64,000 bases of DNA, taken from IMG/VR virus record IMGVR_UViG_3300032030_000076, positions 3,038 to 67,037 of that record; one strand, written 5' to 3'. This DNA comes from a virus (lineage: Duplodnaviria > Caudoviricetes). Made by a program: the position numbers and the translations under genes. Of this stretch, positions 28,178-37,844 are shown piece by piece. A model generated the notes under the pieces. It did not search any database, was not told the origin of the DNA, and saw nothing but the letters and a program-made list of their open reading frames with translations. The first letter of the stretch is position 1. Each line of letters opens with the position of its first letter.

Positions 28178-28237
28178 TATTTGTGCATCCATGCACGAAA
28201 GCGAAGCCCTGCCACACTAGCACACCAGGTCCCAGCC

Positions 28238-28726
28238 ATGCACATCGTGATCGACAAGCAAGAGAAAACGCCGTGGACATTTCCAGAGGGCGTGAAAACG
28301 TCCGTGGAACATCTGCGCCAAGGTGACTATGCCCTTGCTGGCGACAATGCGTTCTCCATTGAGCGGAAGTCTCTCGCCGATTTCCGCAACACGGTCGTGC
28401 GTGGCTGGGACCGTTTTCGTCGCGAAATGCTCCGCATGGACATCGCGGGCTTCGCGCACAAGGTCATCGTCGTCGAGGGCGACTTCGCCGACTACTGCTT
28501 CAAGGAACTGCCCGACGGCGAGGGCATCGAGGAACCGGCGGCGGGAACGGACGATGTGTTTACGCCGTCGCTTGCCGCCCGCCGCGTCGCCGAGCTTACG
28601 ATTTTCCATCGCGCAACCGTCCTCTTCGCCCGTGACGAGGGCATTGCCGCCGCGCTTGCGTTCCAGATTCTTCTCCAGCGGCAGATTCAGCTCACGGGCG
28701 TTGCAAAGCTTCCGAAAGACCAATGA
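28238..28726 (+). CDS. ERCC4 (XPF/Mus81)-domain nuclease (162 aa)
   Basis: IVIDKQEK...GDYAL...IERKSLADF...IVVEG motifs. Confidence 0.85.
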   Translation: MHIVIDKQEKTPWTFPEGVKTSVEHLRQGDYALAGDNAFSIERKSLADFRNTVVRGWDRFRREMLRMDIAGFAHKVIVVEGDFADYCFKELPDGEGIEEPAAGTDDVFTPSLAARRVAELTIFHRATVLFARDEGIAAALAFQILLQRQIQLTGVAKLPKDQ

Positions 28727-30846
28727 TTTCCACCGCCACACAGACACTCACCTGCACCGTGACGCGCGTCGTGCATCCGCGCGAGCCGTTCACGGACGGC
28801 CAGCCGCGCTTCTGCGTCCTGCTGACCTCCATCGGCAAGGCGACTGGCATGCTGCCGTTCTACCCGGACGAGGGTATGCGCCTGAAGCTCACGGGCGAAC
28901 GCCGCGAGTGGAACGGCGAGTTGCAGTTCCGCTTCACGCGCGCCCTGCACGACGCGCCAGCCGACCCAAAGGCCCTGCTGGATTACGTCGCAACAATCGC
29001 CAAGGGCGTCGGCCCCAAGACCGCCGAGAAGATTTGGCGCGATTACGGCGCGGACTGGCAGGCGCACATCGACGAATTGAAGCCGTCCGTGTCGAACGCC
29101 CTGCGCCGCACGATGGACGCGCTCGCCGCGAACAAGGCGCGCTTCGACCTCACCGTGTACATGGTTTCCGTCGGCGGCTCCCCGCGCATGGCGGACGCGG
29201 CGTGGGCGGCGTGGGGCGAGAACGCGCAGGCCACCATCGCGGCGAACCCGTACCTCCTCGCAACGCTCCCCGGCATCGGCTTCAAGACCGTGGACGGCGA
29301 CATCCGCAGGCATTTCAAGATCAAGGACGAGGACATCCGCCGCGCCGTCGCCGCAATCGACTACGCGCTTCATGACCTGATGGAGCAGTCCGGCGATTCG
29401 GTCGTGCAGCGCGACGCGCTCTATTCGCAGTTCCACGAGCTAGGTATTTCCCGTGCCGTCGCGTCCGTTGCGCTTGCGAAGTTGCTTTACGCCAAGCGCA
29501 TCCGCTACATCGGCATGGACATGGTGACGACAAGCCAGGTAGCGACGCACGAGGGCGACCTGTACAGGTACATCACCGATAATAACATTGTCAGCACGAA
29601 GCCGCCAACCGATTTCTCTAAAGCCATAACACGTTCCGAACTCAAAGACCTGTGTGACATTAAACTTGACGAATCGCAGATAATCGCAATCAATGTTGCC
29701 ACAAATAGCTTGGGACTTTGTGTGATCAATGGCGGCGCGGGTTGCGGAAAGTCAACCGTAATAAAATACATCTGCCGCATCCTTGAACGGCGCGGTTGCG
29801 CCGTCTCGCTCTGCGCGTTCGCGGGCAAGGCCGCCGCACGACTTCGCGAGGCAACGGGCCATCACGCCTCCACGATTCATTCCATGCTCGCCTTCGGCGG
29901 TGAAGGACTAGGGTTCACCGCTGGCAATCTGCATGGCCGATCGGTGATCGTGGATGAGGCGTCGATGGTTCCGTCCTCGCTCCTTTACGAAATCACGAAG
30001 CGCGACCCAGAACGGCTTATCCTCGTCGGCGACCAGGCGCAGCTCCAGCCCGTCGGCATCGGCTCGCCGTTCCACGACGTTATCGACACCTTGCCGACAG
30101 TTGTTCATACCTTGACAACGTGCTATCGTAACAAGGAGGCCGTGTTCGCCGCCGCCGCTAAGATTCGCAACGGCGAGATGCCGGAGGAAGGAAAGTCAGC
30201 GCATGAGGAGTTTACTGTTCGCCGGTTCGATTCGCCCGATGCCGTCCATGCGTTCATCGAGGAGGCGGTCAAGGCGGGCGAGATAGACTTCGACCAAGAC
30301 CTCGTTCTTTCCCCGCGCAACGGCGAGGGCGAGGAACCCGCCGCCGCCACGGTGAAATCGCTCAACGCGGGCATACAGGCAATCGAGAATCCGCACGAGG
30401 ACGGCGTGAAGTTCGCGCCGGATGATCGCGTCATGTGCACCAAGAACTTTCCGAAGCTGGACATCTGGAACGGCACGACGGGCTGGATAACCCGCGTTGA
30501 CCGCGACGGCAAGCCCTTCTTCCTTCCCGACGATGCAAGCCCTGATGGCCGAAGTGACTTCGGCCAAGATGAAATCCGCCTGGGCGAGAAGGAGCAGCGC
30601 GACGCGATTACGCCAGCGTGGTGCCTGACGATCCACAAGGCGCAAGGCTCGCAGTACCGCGACGTGTACGTGGTCTGTCTCCGCCGCGATGCTGCGCGTC
30701 TGTTCGACCGTTCCATGCTCTACACCGCCGTCACCCGAGCCAAGCGCAAGTGCGTCCTGCTCTGCGACGACGGCATCGACCGCATCATCGGCGCGGTTCG
30801 CCGCCGCCGCACGTATCTTCAACTGCTGTTCAAGGGAGAGGCGTGA
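28723..30846 (+). CDS. RecD2-like SF1 helicase (707 aa)
   Basis: HhH region, GGAGCGKST Walker A, IVDEASMV, LVGDQAQL, and LTIHKAQGSQY...YTAVTRAK motifs. Confidence 0.9.
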   Translation: MISTATQTLTCTVTRVVHPREPFTDGQPRFCVLLTSIGKATGMLPFYPDEGMRLKLTGERREWNGELQFRFTRALHDAPADPKALLDYVATIAKGVGPKTAEKIWRDYGADWQAHIDELKPSVSNALRRTMDALAANKARFDLTVYMVSVGGSPRMADAAWAAWGENAQATIAANPYLLATLPGIGFKTVDGDIRRHFKIKDEDIRRAVAAIDYALHDLMEQSGDSVVQRDALYSQFHELGISRAVASVALAKLLYAKRIRYIGMDMVTTSQVATHEGDLYRYITDNNIVSTKPPTDFSKAITRSELKDLCDIKLDESQIIAINVATNSLGLCVINGGAGCGKSTVIKYICRILERRGCAVSLCAFAGKAAARLREATGHHASTIHSMLAFGGEGLGFTAGNLHGRSVIVDEASMVPSSLLYEITKRDPERLILVGDQAQLQPVGIGSPFHDVIDTLPTVVHTLTTCYRNKEAVFAAAAKIRNGEMPEEGKSAHEEFTVRRFDSPDAVHAFIEEAVKAGEIDFDQDLVLSPRNGEGEEPAAATVKSLNAGIQAIENPHEDGVKFAPDDRVMCTKNFPKLDIWNGTTGWITRVDRDGKPFFLPDDASPDGRSDFGQDEIRLGEKEQRDAITPAWCLTIHKAQGSQYRDVYVVCLRRDAARLFDRSMLYTAVTRAKRKCVLLCDDGIDRIIGAVRRRRTYLQLLFKGEA

Positions 30847-33467
30847 TGGCGGTCGCAATCTACGACTTCAACGAGATCAAGCGGCGCGTGTCGTGCGAGG
30901 ACTACCTGCGCGAGCGCGGCATGAAGGTCAGCGCGGGCCGTTGCGCGGCGACGTGGCGCGGCGGCAAGGGGCAGAACGTGTCTATCGAGGGCGCGGTCTG
31001 GCACGACTTCAAGACGGACGAGGGCGGCTCTGTGCTGGACCTCTGCAAGCGCGTCGAGGGCCTGTCAGACTTGCAGGACGCCGCCCGCGTACTCGGCGAG
31101 CGGTTCGGCGTCGAGCCGAAGAAAACGTCGCACAAGCCGGAGCCGCTTGTCACCCGCGCGAAGAAGCTGAAGGAATCGGGCTACGTGCTTGACACGACCT
31201 ATTGCTACGAGGACGAAAACGGCAAGCCCGTGTATTACGTGGACCGCTACCGCTGGCCTAACCCGTTCGTCGAGCCGCCGGACGGCAAGGCAAAAGAGTT
31301 TGTGCAACGCACCCCCGAACATGAAGGGCTGGACGCTGACACGCCGCACCTTCTGTACCACCTTCCCGAAGTCAAGACGGCGCAGGAAGTGTTCATCGTC
31401 GAGGGCGAGAAGGACGTGGAGACGCTTCGCAAATGGGGCCTTGTCGCAACCACCAACTCCGGCGGCGCGTCGAAGGACGGTTCTTCCAAGTGGCCGCACG
31501 AGCTGAACGGCTGGTTCACCGGCAAGGACGTGACGATCATCGCGGACAACGACGATGCGGGCAAGGCCCACGCGCAGAACCTCGCGACCATGCTTGCGCC
31601 TGTCGCGAAATCCGTTCGCTCGTTCGCGATCTCCGCGCTCCCGAAGGGAGACGTGACCGATTGGGCGGAGAAGGAGGGCGGCACCGCCGACGCGCTCCGC
31701 GCCGCCGTCACCGCACTCGTCCCCGTCGCGAAGCCGGATGACAACGCCGCCGCAATAGCCGCCGCGAAGGTCGCGAACGAGGTGCCGTTCTCCAACTTCA
31801 CGTCCGTCTGGCGCGAGACGGGCAAGCGCAGGGTCGAGGTGAAGATTCCGCGCACGGTTGACGATCTTCGCAAGGACGTGTACGTGCGATTCCTCGGATT
31901 CCCACGTCGCGTCGGCACCTCGCTTCTGTTCGACCACGACAAGGACAACGGCAACATCCGCGAGCTGCGCAACGAACACGCGCTCTTCGCGTGGATCGGC
32001 GAGAAGTCCCGCCACGTCACGCCGTGGATGGCGAGCGGACCGGACGGGTTCGTGTCCAAGAAGGAGCTGTTCTCGTCGCTCGTCTTCAACTCCGTCGGCT
32101 ACGAGCGAATCTCGTCCGTTCCCGACTACCCAATCCGCAAGGACGTGTACTACACCTACCGCGACGCATTGCGCCCGTCGCCCGGACATGCCGCGCTCAA
32201 CAATTTCCTTGCGCAGTTCAACCCCGCGACGGAGGCCGACGCGATCCTGCTCCGCGCGTTCGTCGCCGCGCCGATGGTGTACGAGTACATGATTCAGCGC
32301 CCGTGCTGGATAATCGACGCCGTGTTCGGACAGGGCGCGGGCAAGACAACGCTCGCCGAGATCGTCGCGCAGCTCTACGATTCGACCGCGATCAAGACCG
32401 ACGTCAACGAGATGAACTTCAAGGGCGAGGAGATCAAGAAGCGCATCGTGTCCGCAAGCGGACGCAACGCGCGGATGTTCCTCGTGGACAACGTGAAGGG
32501 CGCGCTGTCCTGTCCGTTCCTCGCGGAGCTGATAACTAGCACTTACTTCTCCGGTCGCGCCCCCTACGGCGAGGGCGAGGAGAAGCGCCCGAACGACCTC
32601 ACGTTCGTCATCACCTCCAACGCCGCGTCCGTGGACTCCGACCTCTCGTCGCGATCCGTCACGGTGTACATCGGCTCGCGCAAGGACAAGTCCGGCGACT
32701 GGATGCGCAACATGCAGGCGCGGCTTGCGAAGGAACGCTACCTTATCCTCGGCGACATCTACGACATCCTCTGCAACGGCCCGTCCATGCCAAGTTCCTA
32801 CCGCGCAGTCACACGGACGCCGGAGTTTGAGCGCGACGTGATATTCAAAATGGCCGGAAGCCGCGATGCGTTCGACAAGGCGATACTGCACGTCCTGTCC
32901 ACGCGCTCCAACATCAACTACGAGGGCGAGCTTGCGGGGCTAGTGACCGAAGCGATCGAAATGAACATTGACCGCTGGCTCCAGAAGCAGGCCCAGCACC
33001 CGAACGCGCACAACCCGACATCTCATGAGATGGTCGCCGTTTGGCTCCGCACCGCAGTCGTGGACTACTGGATCAAGCCGCAGTTCAAGATCGACACGCA
33101 GACCCTGCGCAACATGGTGGACACGGGCAAGACGACGCGGTTCCTGCGCGGCGTAAAAAGATACCCGATGTCAAGCGCGTATGACGGCGACGGCCGCTCC
33201 TCCGGCATCCTATACTTCGGCTCGCAGGTGCAGTACCCCTACATCCCCGTGCTGACGCTGAACGGCAAGGACGTGGAACTTGCGCCCGGCATCGGCTGGC
33301 ACCACAACCCGCGACTAATCGAGGAACTTGCGGCGCAGGCAAGTGGCGCGGCCACTGCCAACGCAGACGCGATAGACGTGCCGGCCGAGGTCGCGCCGGT
33401 CCCCGCGCTTCCCGACGGCGACGCGCCGATGGACGATCTCATCACCACGGAGGCACTACCCCTATGA
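30846..33467 (+). CDS. DNA primase (Zn-binding + TOPRIM) fused to a P-loop ATPase/helicase domain (873 aa)
   Basis: WHDFKTDEGGSVLDL, VFIVEGEKDV, IIADNDDAG, GQGAGKTT and FLVDN motifs; start reassigned to MAVAIY. Confidence 0.85.
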   Translation: MAVAIYDFNEIKRRVSCEDYLRERGMKVSAGRCAATWRGGKGQNVSIEGAVWHDFKTDEGGSVLDLCKRVEGLSDLQDAARVLGERFGVEPKKTSHKPEPLVTRAKKLKESGYVLDTTYCYEDENGKPVYYVDRYRWPNPFVEPPDGKAKEFVQRTPEHEGLDADTPHLLYHLPEVKTAQEVFIVEGEKDVETLRKWGLVATTNSGGASKDGSSKWPHELNGWFTGKDVTIIADNDDAGKAHAQNLATMLAPVAKSVRSFAISALPKGDVTDWAEKEGGTADALRAAVTALVPVAKPDDNAAAIAAAKVANEVPFSNFTSVWRETGKRRVEVKIPRTVDDLRKDVYVRFLGFPRRVGTSLLFDHDKDNGNIRELRNEHALFAWIGEKSRHVTPWMASGPDGFVSKKELFSSLVFNSVGYERISSVPDYPIRKDVYYTYRDALRPSPGHAALNNFLAQFNPATEADAILLRAFVAAPMVYEYMIQRPCWIIDAVFGQGAGKTTLAEIVAQLYDSTAIKTDVNEMNFKGEEIKKRIVSASGRNARMFLVDNVKGALSCPFLAELITSTYFSGRAPYGEGEEKRPNDLTFVITSNAASVDSDLSSRSVTVYIGSRKDKSGDWMRNMQARLAKERYLILGDIYDILCNGPSMPSSYRAVTRTPEFERDVIFKMAGSRDAFDKAILHVLSTRSNINYEGELAGLVTEAIEMNIDRWLQKQAQHPNAHNPTSHEMVAVWLRTAVVDYWIKPQFKIDTQTLRNMVDTGKTTRFLRGVKRYPMSSAYDGDGRSSGILYFGSQVQYPYIPVLTLNGKDVELAPGIGWHHNPRLIEELAAQASGAATANADAIDVPAEVAPVPALPDGDAPMDDLITTEALPL

Positions 33468-34075
33468 GCATCAAGGTCTACCACAACAGCCGCAACGAGG
33501 CGGCAAGCACGGACGGACGCATCTGGTGGCGCGGCACGGCCACGGACGCCGCCTCAATCGCCCTGGAGGAATTGCAGCCGGTGTCGGCCCTGCTCCCGGC
33601 TGACGCGAACATTCCGCAAGCGACCGTTGCGAAGGCGCGCGCCGTGTTCATTTCGGCGTTGCGTAAGGCCGCGCCGACGGTCGCGCCATCCGACGACGCG
33701 GAGCGCACGATTCTTCGCAAGGCGTGGGACGACGCGCAGGCATTCGCCGCCTCGCACATGGTCATCGCAATCGGCAAGCCCGTGTTCGACCACCACCTCT
33801 GCGTCGTCGGCACGGCGGATGTGGTGTACGATCCGCGTTCTGCCGCCGCCGCTCCGTCGGCGGCAATCTCATTCTGCTACGCGCCGGACGGCTACGAGTT
33901 CGCGGGCGAGCTGAACGCGCTGACGCGCATTTTCTATAACGGCTTGCCGAACACGCCGACCGAGTGCCCGTTCGGCCACTACGACACCCACGCCTACTGC
34001 CGCGCCGTGACACTGCTCGTTCTCCGCGACCAGACGGAATGGCACAAGCGCAAGATGGACGAGCTTCCATTCTAA
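33464..34075 (+). CDS. Hypothetical protein (203 aa)
   Basis: ATGA-coupled to the primase gene. Confidence 0.6.
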   Translation: MSIKVYHNSRNEAASTDGRIWWRGTATDAASIALEELQPVSALLPADANIPQATVAKARAVFISALRKAAPTVAPSDDAERTILRKAWDDAQAFAASHMVIAIGKPVFDHHLCVVGTADVVYDPRSAAAAPSAAISFCYAPDGYEFAGELNALTRIFYNGLPNTPTECPFGHYDTHAYCRAVTLLVLRDQTEWHKRKMDELPF

Positions 34076-34102
34076 ACCAACACAAAAAAAGGAAAGACAC
34101 CA

Positions 34103-34216
34103 ATGATAGACACAGACGTATTCGCGCTTGCCGTTGTCGCGGCGGCGCTTGCGGGCGCGGCGATAGCGGCGTTCGTTGTCGCGTGGATTCACGATCCGAA
34201 GGGAGGCGCGAGGTGA
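34103..34216 (+). CDS. Small membrane peptide (37 aa)
   Basis: AAGGAAAG RBS; VFALAVVAAALAGAAIAAFVVAW. Confidence 0.5.
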   Translation: MIDTDVFALAVVAAALAGAAIAAFVVAWIHDPKGGAR

Positions 34217-34401
34217 GCGACGGCATCGAATTAAAGTCCTGTCCGTTCTGCGGAAGCGACGCGGTGATGAACGCAACCGTGTTCGGCGAATGGACGGTCT
34301 GTTGCATCAATCCCGAATGTCGTTGCTGGGACTACGGACCGAACTGTTACGCGACGAAGGAAGAAGCTGTCGCCGCGTGGAACAGGAGGGCGGAAGCATG
34401 A
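34213..34401 (+). CDS. Lar-like Zn-finger protein (62 aa, GTG start)
   Basis: LKSCPFCGS...EEAVAAWNRR. Confidence 0.75.
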   Translation: MSDGIELKSCPFCGSDAVMNATVFGEWTVCCINPECRCWDYGPNCYATKEEAVAAWNRRAEA

Positions 34402-34610
34402 GCAAGCGACACTCACCATTGACCGTTTGCGACCGCGACTGTGCGACGGCGAACGCATGTACGATGGGCGGCGAACAATGCCCCGACTGCGGATGCTGGT
34501 ATTGCCCCGTGAGCGACGACCACGACGAGGACGGTCGTTGCGACGACTGCGCCGAGCGGCACAGGCGTGAGATTGAACAGGAAGAACCTGAACAGGATAA
34601 CGAACAATGA
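34398..34610 (+). CDS. Cys-rich Zn-finger-like protein (70 aa)
   Basis: Multiple CxxC motifs; ATGA overlaps. Confidence 0.55.
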   Translation: MSKRHSPLTVCDRDCATANACTMGGEQCPDCGCWYCPVSDDHDEDGRCDDCAERHRREIEQEEPEQDNEQ

Positions 34611-34786
34611 ACAGAGCAACAGAAAGAATGCTTGCGTTTGCAAGGGATATTGCGGCGGAGTTGGATATGGAACTTCCAACAACGACCGATGCAGACGGCG
34701 AAACCGTGATGGACGAGTCTTATGACGCCATTAGCGAGTTTCTTGCCGCGAACAAGGACGATTACTACTACTGGAAGAGGGGTTGA
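34607..34786 (+). CDS. Hypothetical protein (59 aa)
   Basis: Manual translation MNRATERMLAFARDIAAEL...; ATGA overlap. Confidence 0.5.
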   Translation: MNRATERMLAFARDIAAELDMELPTTTDADGETVMDESYDAISEFLAANKDDYYYWKRG

Positions 34787-34788
34787 AC

Positions 34789-35325
34789 ATGACGAGTGAA
34801 AACGAGAACGAGAACCGCAAGACTATCGCGGATGTCTTGGCGAAGATGGAGCGAGAATCAATCATTCATGTGTATATACCTGCAACAGACTTGGAAAGAT
34901 ATGTCAAACAAATCAAAGAGGCGTTGAAGCGGGAGAAGGCCGAGATTGAGGCCGACGCGCTCGCCGTCGGCGGAATCGTCGAGGCGGCGCGAACTGCTGA
35001 GAAATCGTCGGCAGTTGGCAACTCGGCGGCGATGCGCGAGACGATGTCTTTATTTGTGCACGACTTCGCGTCTTTTATGAAAGACGTTGAGCATGGAATT
35101 TTTCACATGATGCAGTGTATGGATTTTGTAAAAAAGTTCATTCCGCTAATGGATTCCGCCCTCTCCGAGCCCGCGAGGAACTGCGACCTCTACGACAACA
35201 AGACTGATGCCGAGACAAGGTTCGTAGAAGAGACGGGAGAGAATGACATGGCACAACATTACTGGCAAATGTTCGCCATCTGGCTATTCGACACGGCGGC
35301 TAGGCAGAAAGTGGAAGTCAAATGA
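34789..35325 (+). CDS. RNCD-family paralog 1 (178 aa)
   Basis: NSAAMRE...SALSEPARNCD...IWLF. Confidence 0.7.
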   Translation: MTSENENENRKTIADVLAKMERESIIHVYIPATDLERYVKQIKEALKREKAEIEADALAVGGIVEAARTAEKSSAVGNSAAMRETMSLFVHDFASFMKDVEHGIFHMMQCMDFVKKFIPLMDSALSEPARNCDLYDNKTDAETRFVEETGENDMAQHYWQMFAIWLFDTAARQKVEVK

Positions 35326-35489
35326 GGTACTGCGTAGGAGAAGAACCGGAGTGCAATGGACCGAACTGTGGTCATGCAGAAGACTGTCCTTACTATCATG
35401 AAATTATGAAGGAAGATTCTTCTTGTCGGTGTGAATTAGAAAAGTATAAGAAGTCTGTTACGAAAGGAGAAAACGATGGGATCAAGTAA
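35322..35489 (+). CDS. Small Cys-rich hypothetical protein (55 aa)
   Basis: Manual translation MRYCVGEEPECNGPNCGHAEDC...; ATGA overlap. Confidence 0.45.
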   Translation: MRYCVGEEPECNGPNCGHAEDCPYYHEIMKEDSSCRCELEKYKKSVTKGENDGIK

Positions 35490-35802
35490 TGTCAAGGCGA
35501 TGCGCGATGCTCTTTTAAACATTCAGGAGTATGCGGCGGCTATGGATGTTGACGATGGTAATGTGTTGGCGATATTAGATGCTTGCCGAGACGCCTTATC
35601 CGCGCCCGCGAGGAACTGCGACAGATTCGCGGACGATACTGACGCGCAGATTGCGTTTCTCAATGAGGTGTGGCTAATATCGGTTGACCGTGAAACAATG
35701 CTTGCGCGAGACAAGTACGAAAACTGGTCTGACGAAATGAGAACAAGGTACGGTAAATGGCTCCTCGCACCAGCGGCGGAGAAGAAAGGAAAAGCGAAAT
35801 GA
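35476..35802 (+). CDS. RNCD-family paralog 2 (108 aa)
   Basis: NVKAMRDAL...DALSAPARNCD...KWLLAP; AAAGGAG RBS. Confidence 0.7.
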   Translation: MGSSNVKAMRDALLNIQEYAAAMDVDDGNVLAILDACRDALSAPARNCDRFADDTDAQIAFLNEVWLISVDRETMLARDKYENWSDEMRTRYGKWLLAPAAEKKGKAK

Positions 35803-36065
35803 CGATTAAAGAACGACAGGTAACTTATGCTTTCGCGATGGTCGAGAGCGCGAAGCAGTTGCTTCATCTTGCGTCCTGCATGATTGGCAATCTTGCTTAT
35901 GACGCTGAATATGGAAAGGAACGCAACATCCACGAAGATTTTGTAGACGCTTTTAAATCCGTGGAAAAGCTGCTGCAAGTGCTGGAACGTTTAGTGGATA
36001 ATAGCACAGAGTGGTCGCCTATGCCGAGTGAAACGACGAAAGGAGCAGGCGATGGAAGCAAGTAA
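35799..36065 (+). CDS. Hypothetical protein (88 aa)
   Basis: ATGA overlap; MTIKERQ. Confidence 0.55.
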   Translation: MTIKERQVTYAFAMVESAKQLLHLASCMIGNLAYDAEYGKERNIHEDFVDAFKSVEKLLQVLERLVDNSTEWSPMPSETTKGAGDGSK

Positions 36066-36414
36066 TCTGCAAGAACTGAAAGACGCCGCAACAGAACTGA
36101 TGCGGTTCACATGCAACTCGTGCGAGCGGCGTTTTTGCGAAGACGACTCCGAAGAGGAGGACGGTCAGAGTTCGCCTTCGCCATGCAGCGCAATCATTAG
36201 GATGAGGAACGCATTGTCTTCGAACCCTCTCCGCAACTGCGACGTTGGCACGGCGGAGGAGCAGGCGGAGCGAATGCGTTTATATTGCAATTCTCATGGC
36301 GTGGACGAAATCGTATGTTTCCGTTGCGATAAGTGTCCGCTTTTGACGGTCAAGATGTGCGAGCTTGCATGGGCGCAGTTGCCATACGAGGCGCAGGAAG
36401 GAGGCGCGAAGTGA
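36052..36414 (+). CDS. RNCD-family paralog 3 (120 aa)
   Basis: SNLQELKDA...NALSSNPLRNCD...LAWAQLPY; AAAGGAG RBS. Confidence 0.7.
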   Translation: MEASNLQELKDAATELMRFTCNSCERRFCEDDSEEEDGQSSPSPCSAIIRMRNALSSNPLRNCDVGTAEEQAERMRLYCNSHGVDEIVCFRCDKCPLLTVKMCELAWAQLPYEAQEGGAK

Positions 36415-36626
36415 GCGCGTCAATCAGAATCAAGATTACAGGAGGAACAGACATTGAAGAAGCCTACTACGATTGCGAGAAGGTTTCTACACGACTCGGC
36501 GAGATGTCGGTAGAAACAGTCTTCAATGGCGTAAACATGCTATACCATCATCAGCCTATGAAGGAATGGGTGGAAGAATACCGTACGGAATTTTTCGGGA
36601 AAGCAAAGAAAGGAGACGAGTGGTGA
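36411..36626 (+). CDS. Hypothetical protein (71 aa)
   Basis: GTGA overlap with GGAGG RBS. Confidence 0.55.
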   Translation: MSASIRIKITGGTDIEEAYYDCEKVSTRLGEMSVETVFNGVNMLYHHQPMKEWVEEYRTEFFGKAKKGDEW

Positions 36627-36820
36627 GAATCTCATACCGTGTCTGCGACATCTGCGGACAGAAGTTGACTGACGGGTGCGTCATCGATGTTCGATTCCGC
36701 ACAGTCAAGGACGGCAAGAACGCGCAAGCGCAACGGTGCATCGACATGTGCGACGGTTGCTTTAACGAAATCATGAAACGACTTGATGCCGTCGATGCCA
36801 TGAAAGGAGAATCTAAATGA
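36623..36820 (+). CDS. Zn-ribbon hypothetical protein (65 aa)
   Basis: CDICG...DMCDGC; GTGA overlap. Confidence 0.6.
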   Translation: MRISYRVCDICGQKLTDGCVIDVRFRTVKDGKNAQAQRCIDMCDGCFNEIMKRLDAVDAMKGESK

Positions 36821-37002
36821 CTGCCGAACGAGCGCACAGATACCATATCGTCATACGAACATTGCCCGGAGCGACGTTCATTGAGCGCGTAGGAACGAAG
36901 AAGGAGTGCATGGAATACGCGAACAGGGCTCCAAAGGAGTATCTGAAGCTATGCAAGATGGTTCCAGTAATGAGGTGGGACAAGAAAGGAAGAAGAAAAT
37001 GA
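36817..37002 (+). CDS. Hypothetical protein (61 aa)
   Basis: AAAGGAG RBS, ATGA overlap. Confidence 0.55.
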   Translation: MTAERAHRYHIVIRTLPGATFIERVGTKKECMEYANRAPKEYLKLCKMVPVMRWDKKGRRK

Positions 37003-37136
37003 CAGTAAAAGAACTGAAAGAGTTCATCGAGGAAATCCCGGACGACACTCTCGTCCATGTGATTTTCCGTGGCATCATCGACAAGCAACCGTCGCTGAAC
37101 GTGGACGATAAAGTCCTGTATGTGGAGGGAATGTGA
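36999..37136 (+). CDS. Hypothetical protein (45 aa)
   Basis: MTVKELKEFIEEIPDD, a common phage small-protein N-terminus. Confidence 0.55.
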   Translation: MTVKELKEFIEEIPDDTLVHVIFRGIIDKQPSLNVDDKVLYVEGM

Positions 37137-37137
37137 A

Positions 37138-37341
37138 ATGCAAGCGAAAGACTGCCGCTGGCTTGACCGCTACTTCGGGACAGTCTGCCGCAACCAGAAG
37201 ACGCATCCGAACGTGATGCGTCTGGACAACGGCGCGACCGTGTTCTGCGAACCATCCTGCACACGTTGCGCCGGATGCTGCTACGAGCCGATCACGCCGA
37301 ACACGCCAGCGTGGGACGACGACGGGGTGGACAACCAGTGA
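37138..37341 (+). CDS. Cys-rich hypothetical protein (67 aa)
   Basis: GGAGG RBS; several Cys. Confidence 0.5.
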   Translation: MQAKDCRWLDRYFGTVCRNQKTHPNVMRLDNGATVFCEPSCTRCAGCCYEPITPNTPAWDDDGVDNQ

Positions 37342-37844
37342 ACAAATCCTACAACATGAACATCGACACGGGCGAAAAGACATGGCTAACGCCTCCCGAA
37401 ATCATCGATGCGCTCGGCCCGTTCGATCTAGACCCGTGCTGTCCGCCTACGATGCCGTGGCGTACCGCGACGCAGATGGTGCATTGGCCGGACGACGGAT
37501 TGAAGGTGGATTGGACTGGCAAGCGCGTGTGGCTCAATCCGCCATACGGGCGCGAGGCCGTGCCGTTCTTGCGCAAAATGGCGAAAAACAAGACGGGGGG
37601 GGGGATATTGCTCATATTCGCGCGGACAGATACCTCCGCGTGGCAGGACTTGATATTTCCATTCGCCTACGGCATCATGTTTCTGCGAGGACGGCTACGC
37701 TTCCACAAGCCGAACGGAACGCAAGAAGAGACGGCTGCCGCGCCATCTGCGCTCGTCGCGTACTCCGAACAGGACTTTGCCCGTCTGCGCAACGCGGGGC
37801 TTACAGGCGCGTTTTTGCGTGTGTATGAAAGGAGCATTAAATGA
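37338..37844 (+). CDS. Phage N6-adenine DNA methyltransferase (phage Dam-like family), 168 aa
   Basis: TWLTPPEII...FDLDPC, VWLNPPYG catalytic motif, ARTDT...RGRLRF; G10 tract at 37595-37604. Confidence 0.88.
   Translation: MNKSYNMNIDTGEKTWLTPPEIIDALGPFDLDPCCPPTMPWRTATQMVHWPDDGLKVDWTGKRVWLNPPYGREAVPFLRKMAKNKTGGGILLIFARTDTSAWQDLIFPFAYGIMFLRGRLRFHKPNGTQEETAAAPSALVAYSEQDFARLRNAGLTGAFLRVYERSIK

Noticed and set aside
30618-30845. N-terminal extension of the primase ORF in the track
   Set aside because: Overlaps the helicase in another frame; GGAG RBS and TGA/ATG overlap favour a start at 30846.
31065-32891. 608-aa minus-strand ORF
   Set aside because: Antisense shadow of the primase gene caused by GC3-rich codons; no motifs or RBS.
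33464-34075. PD-(D/E)XK exonuclease call from GTADVV
   Set aside because: No downstream (D/E)xK motif is recognisable; left as hypothetical.
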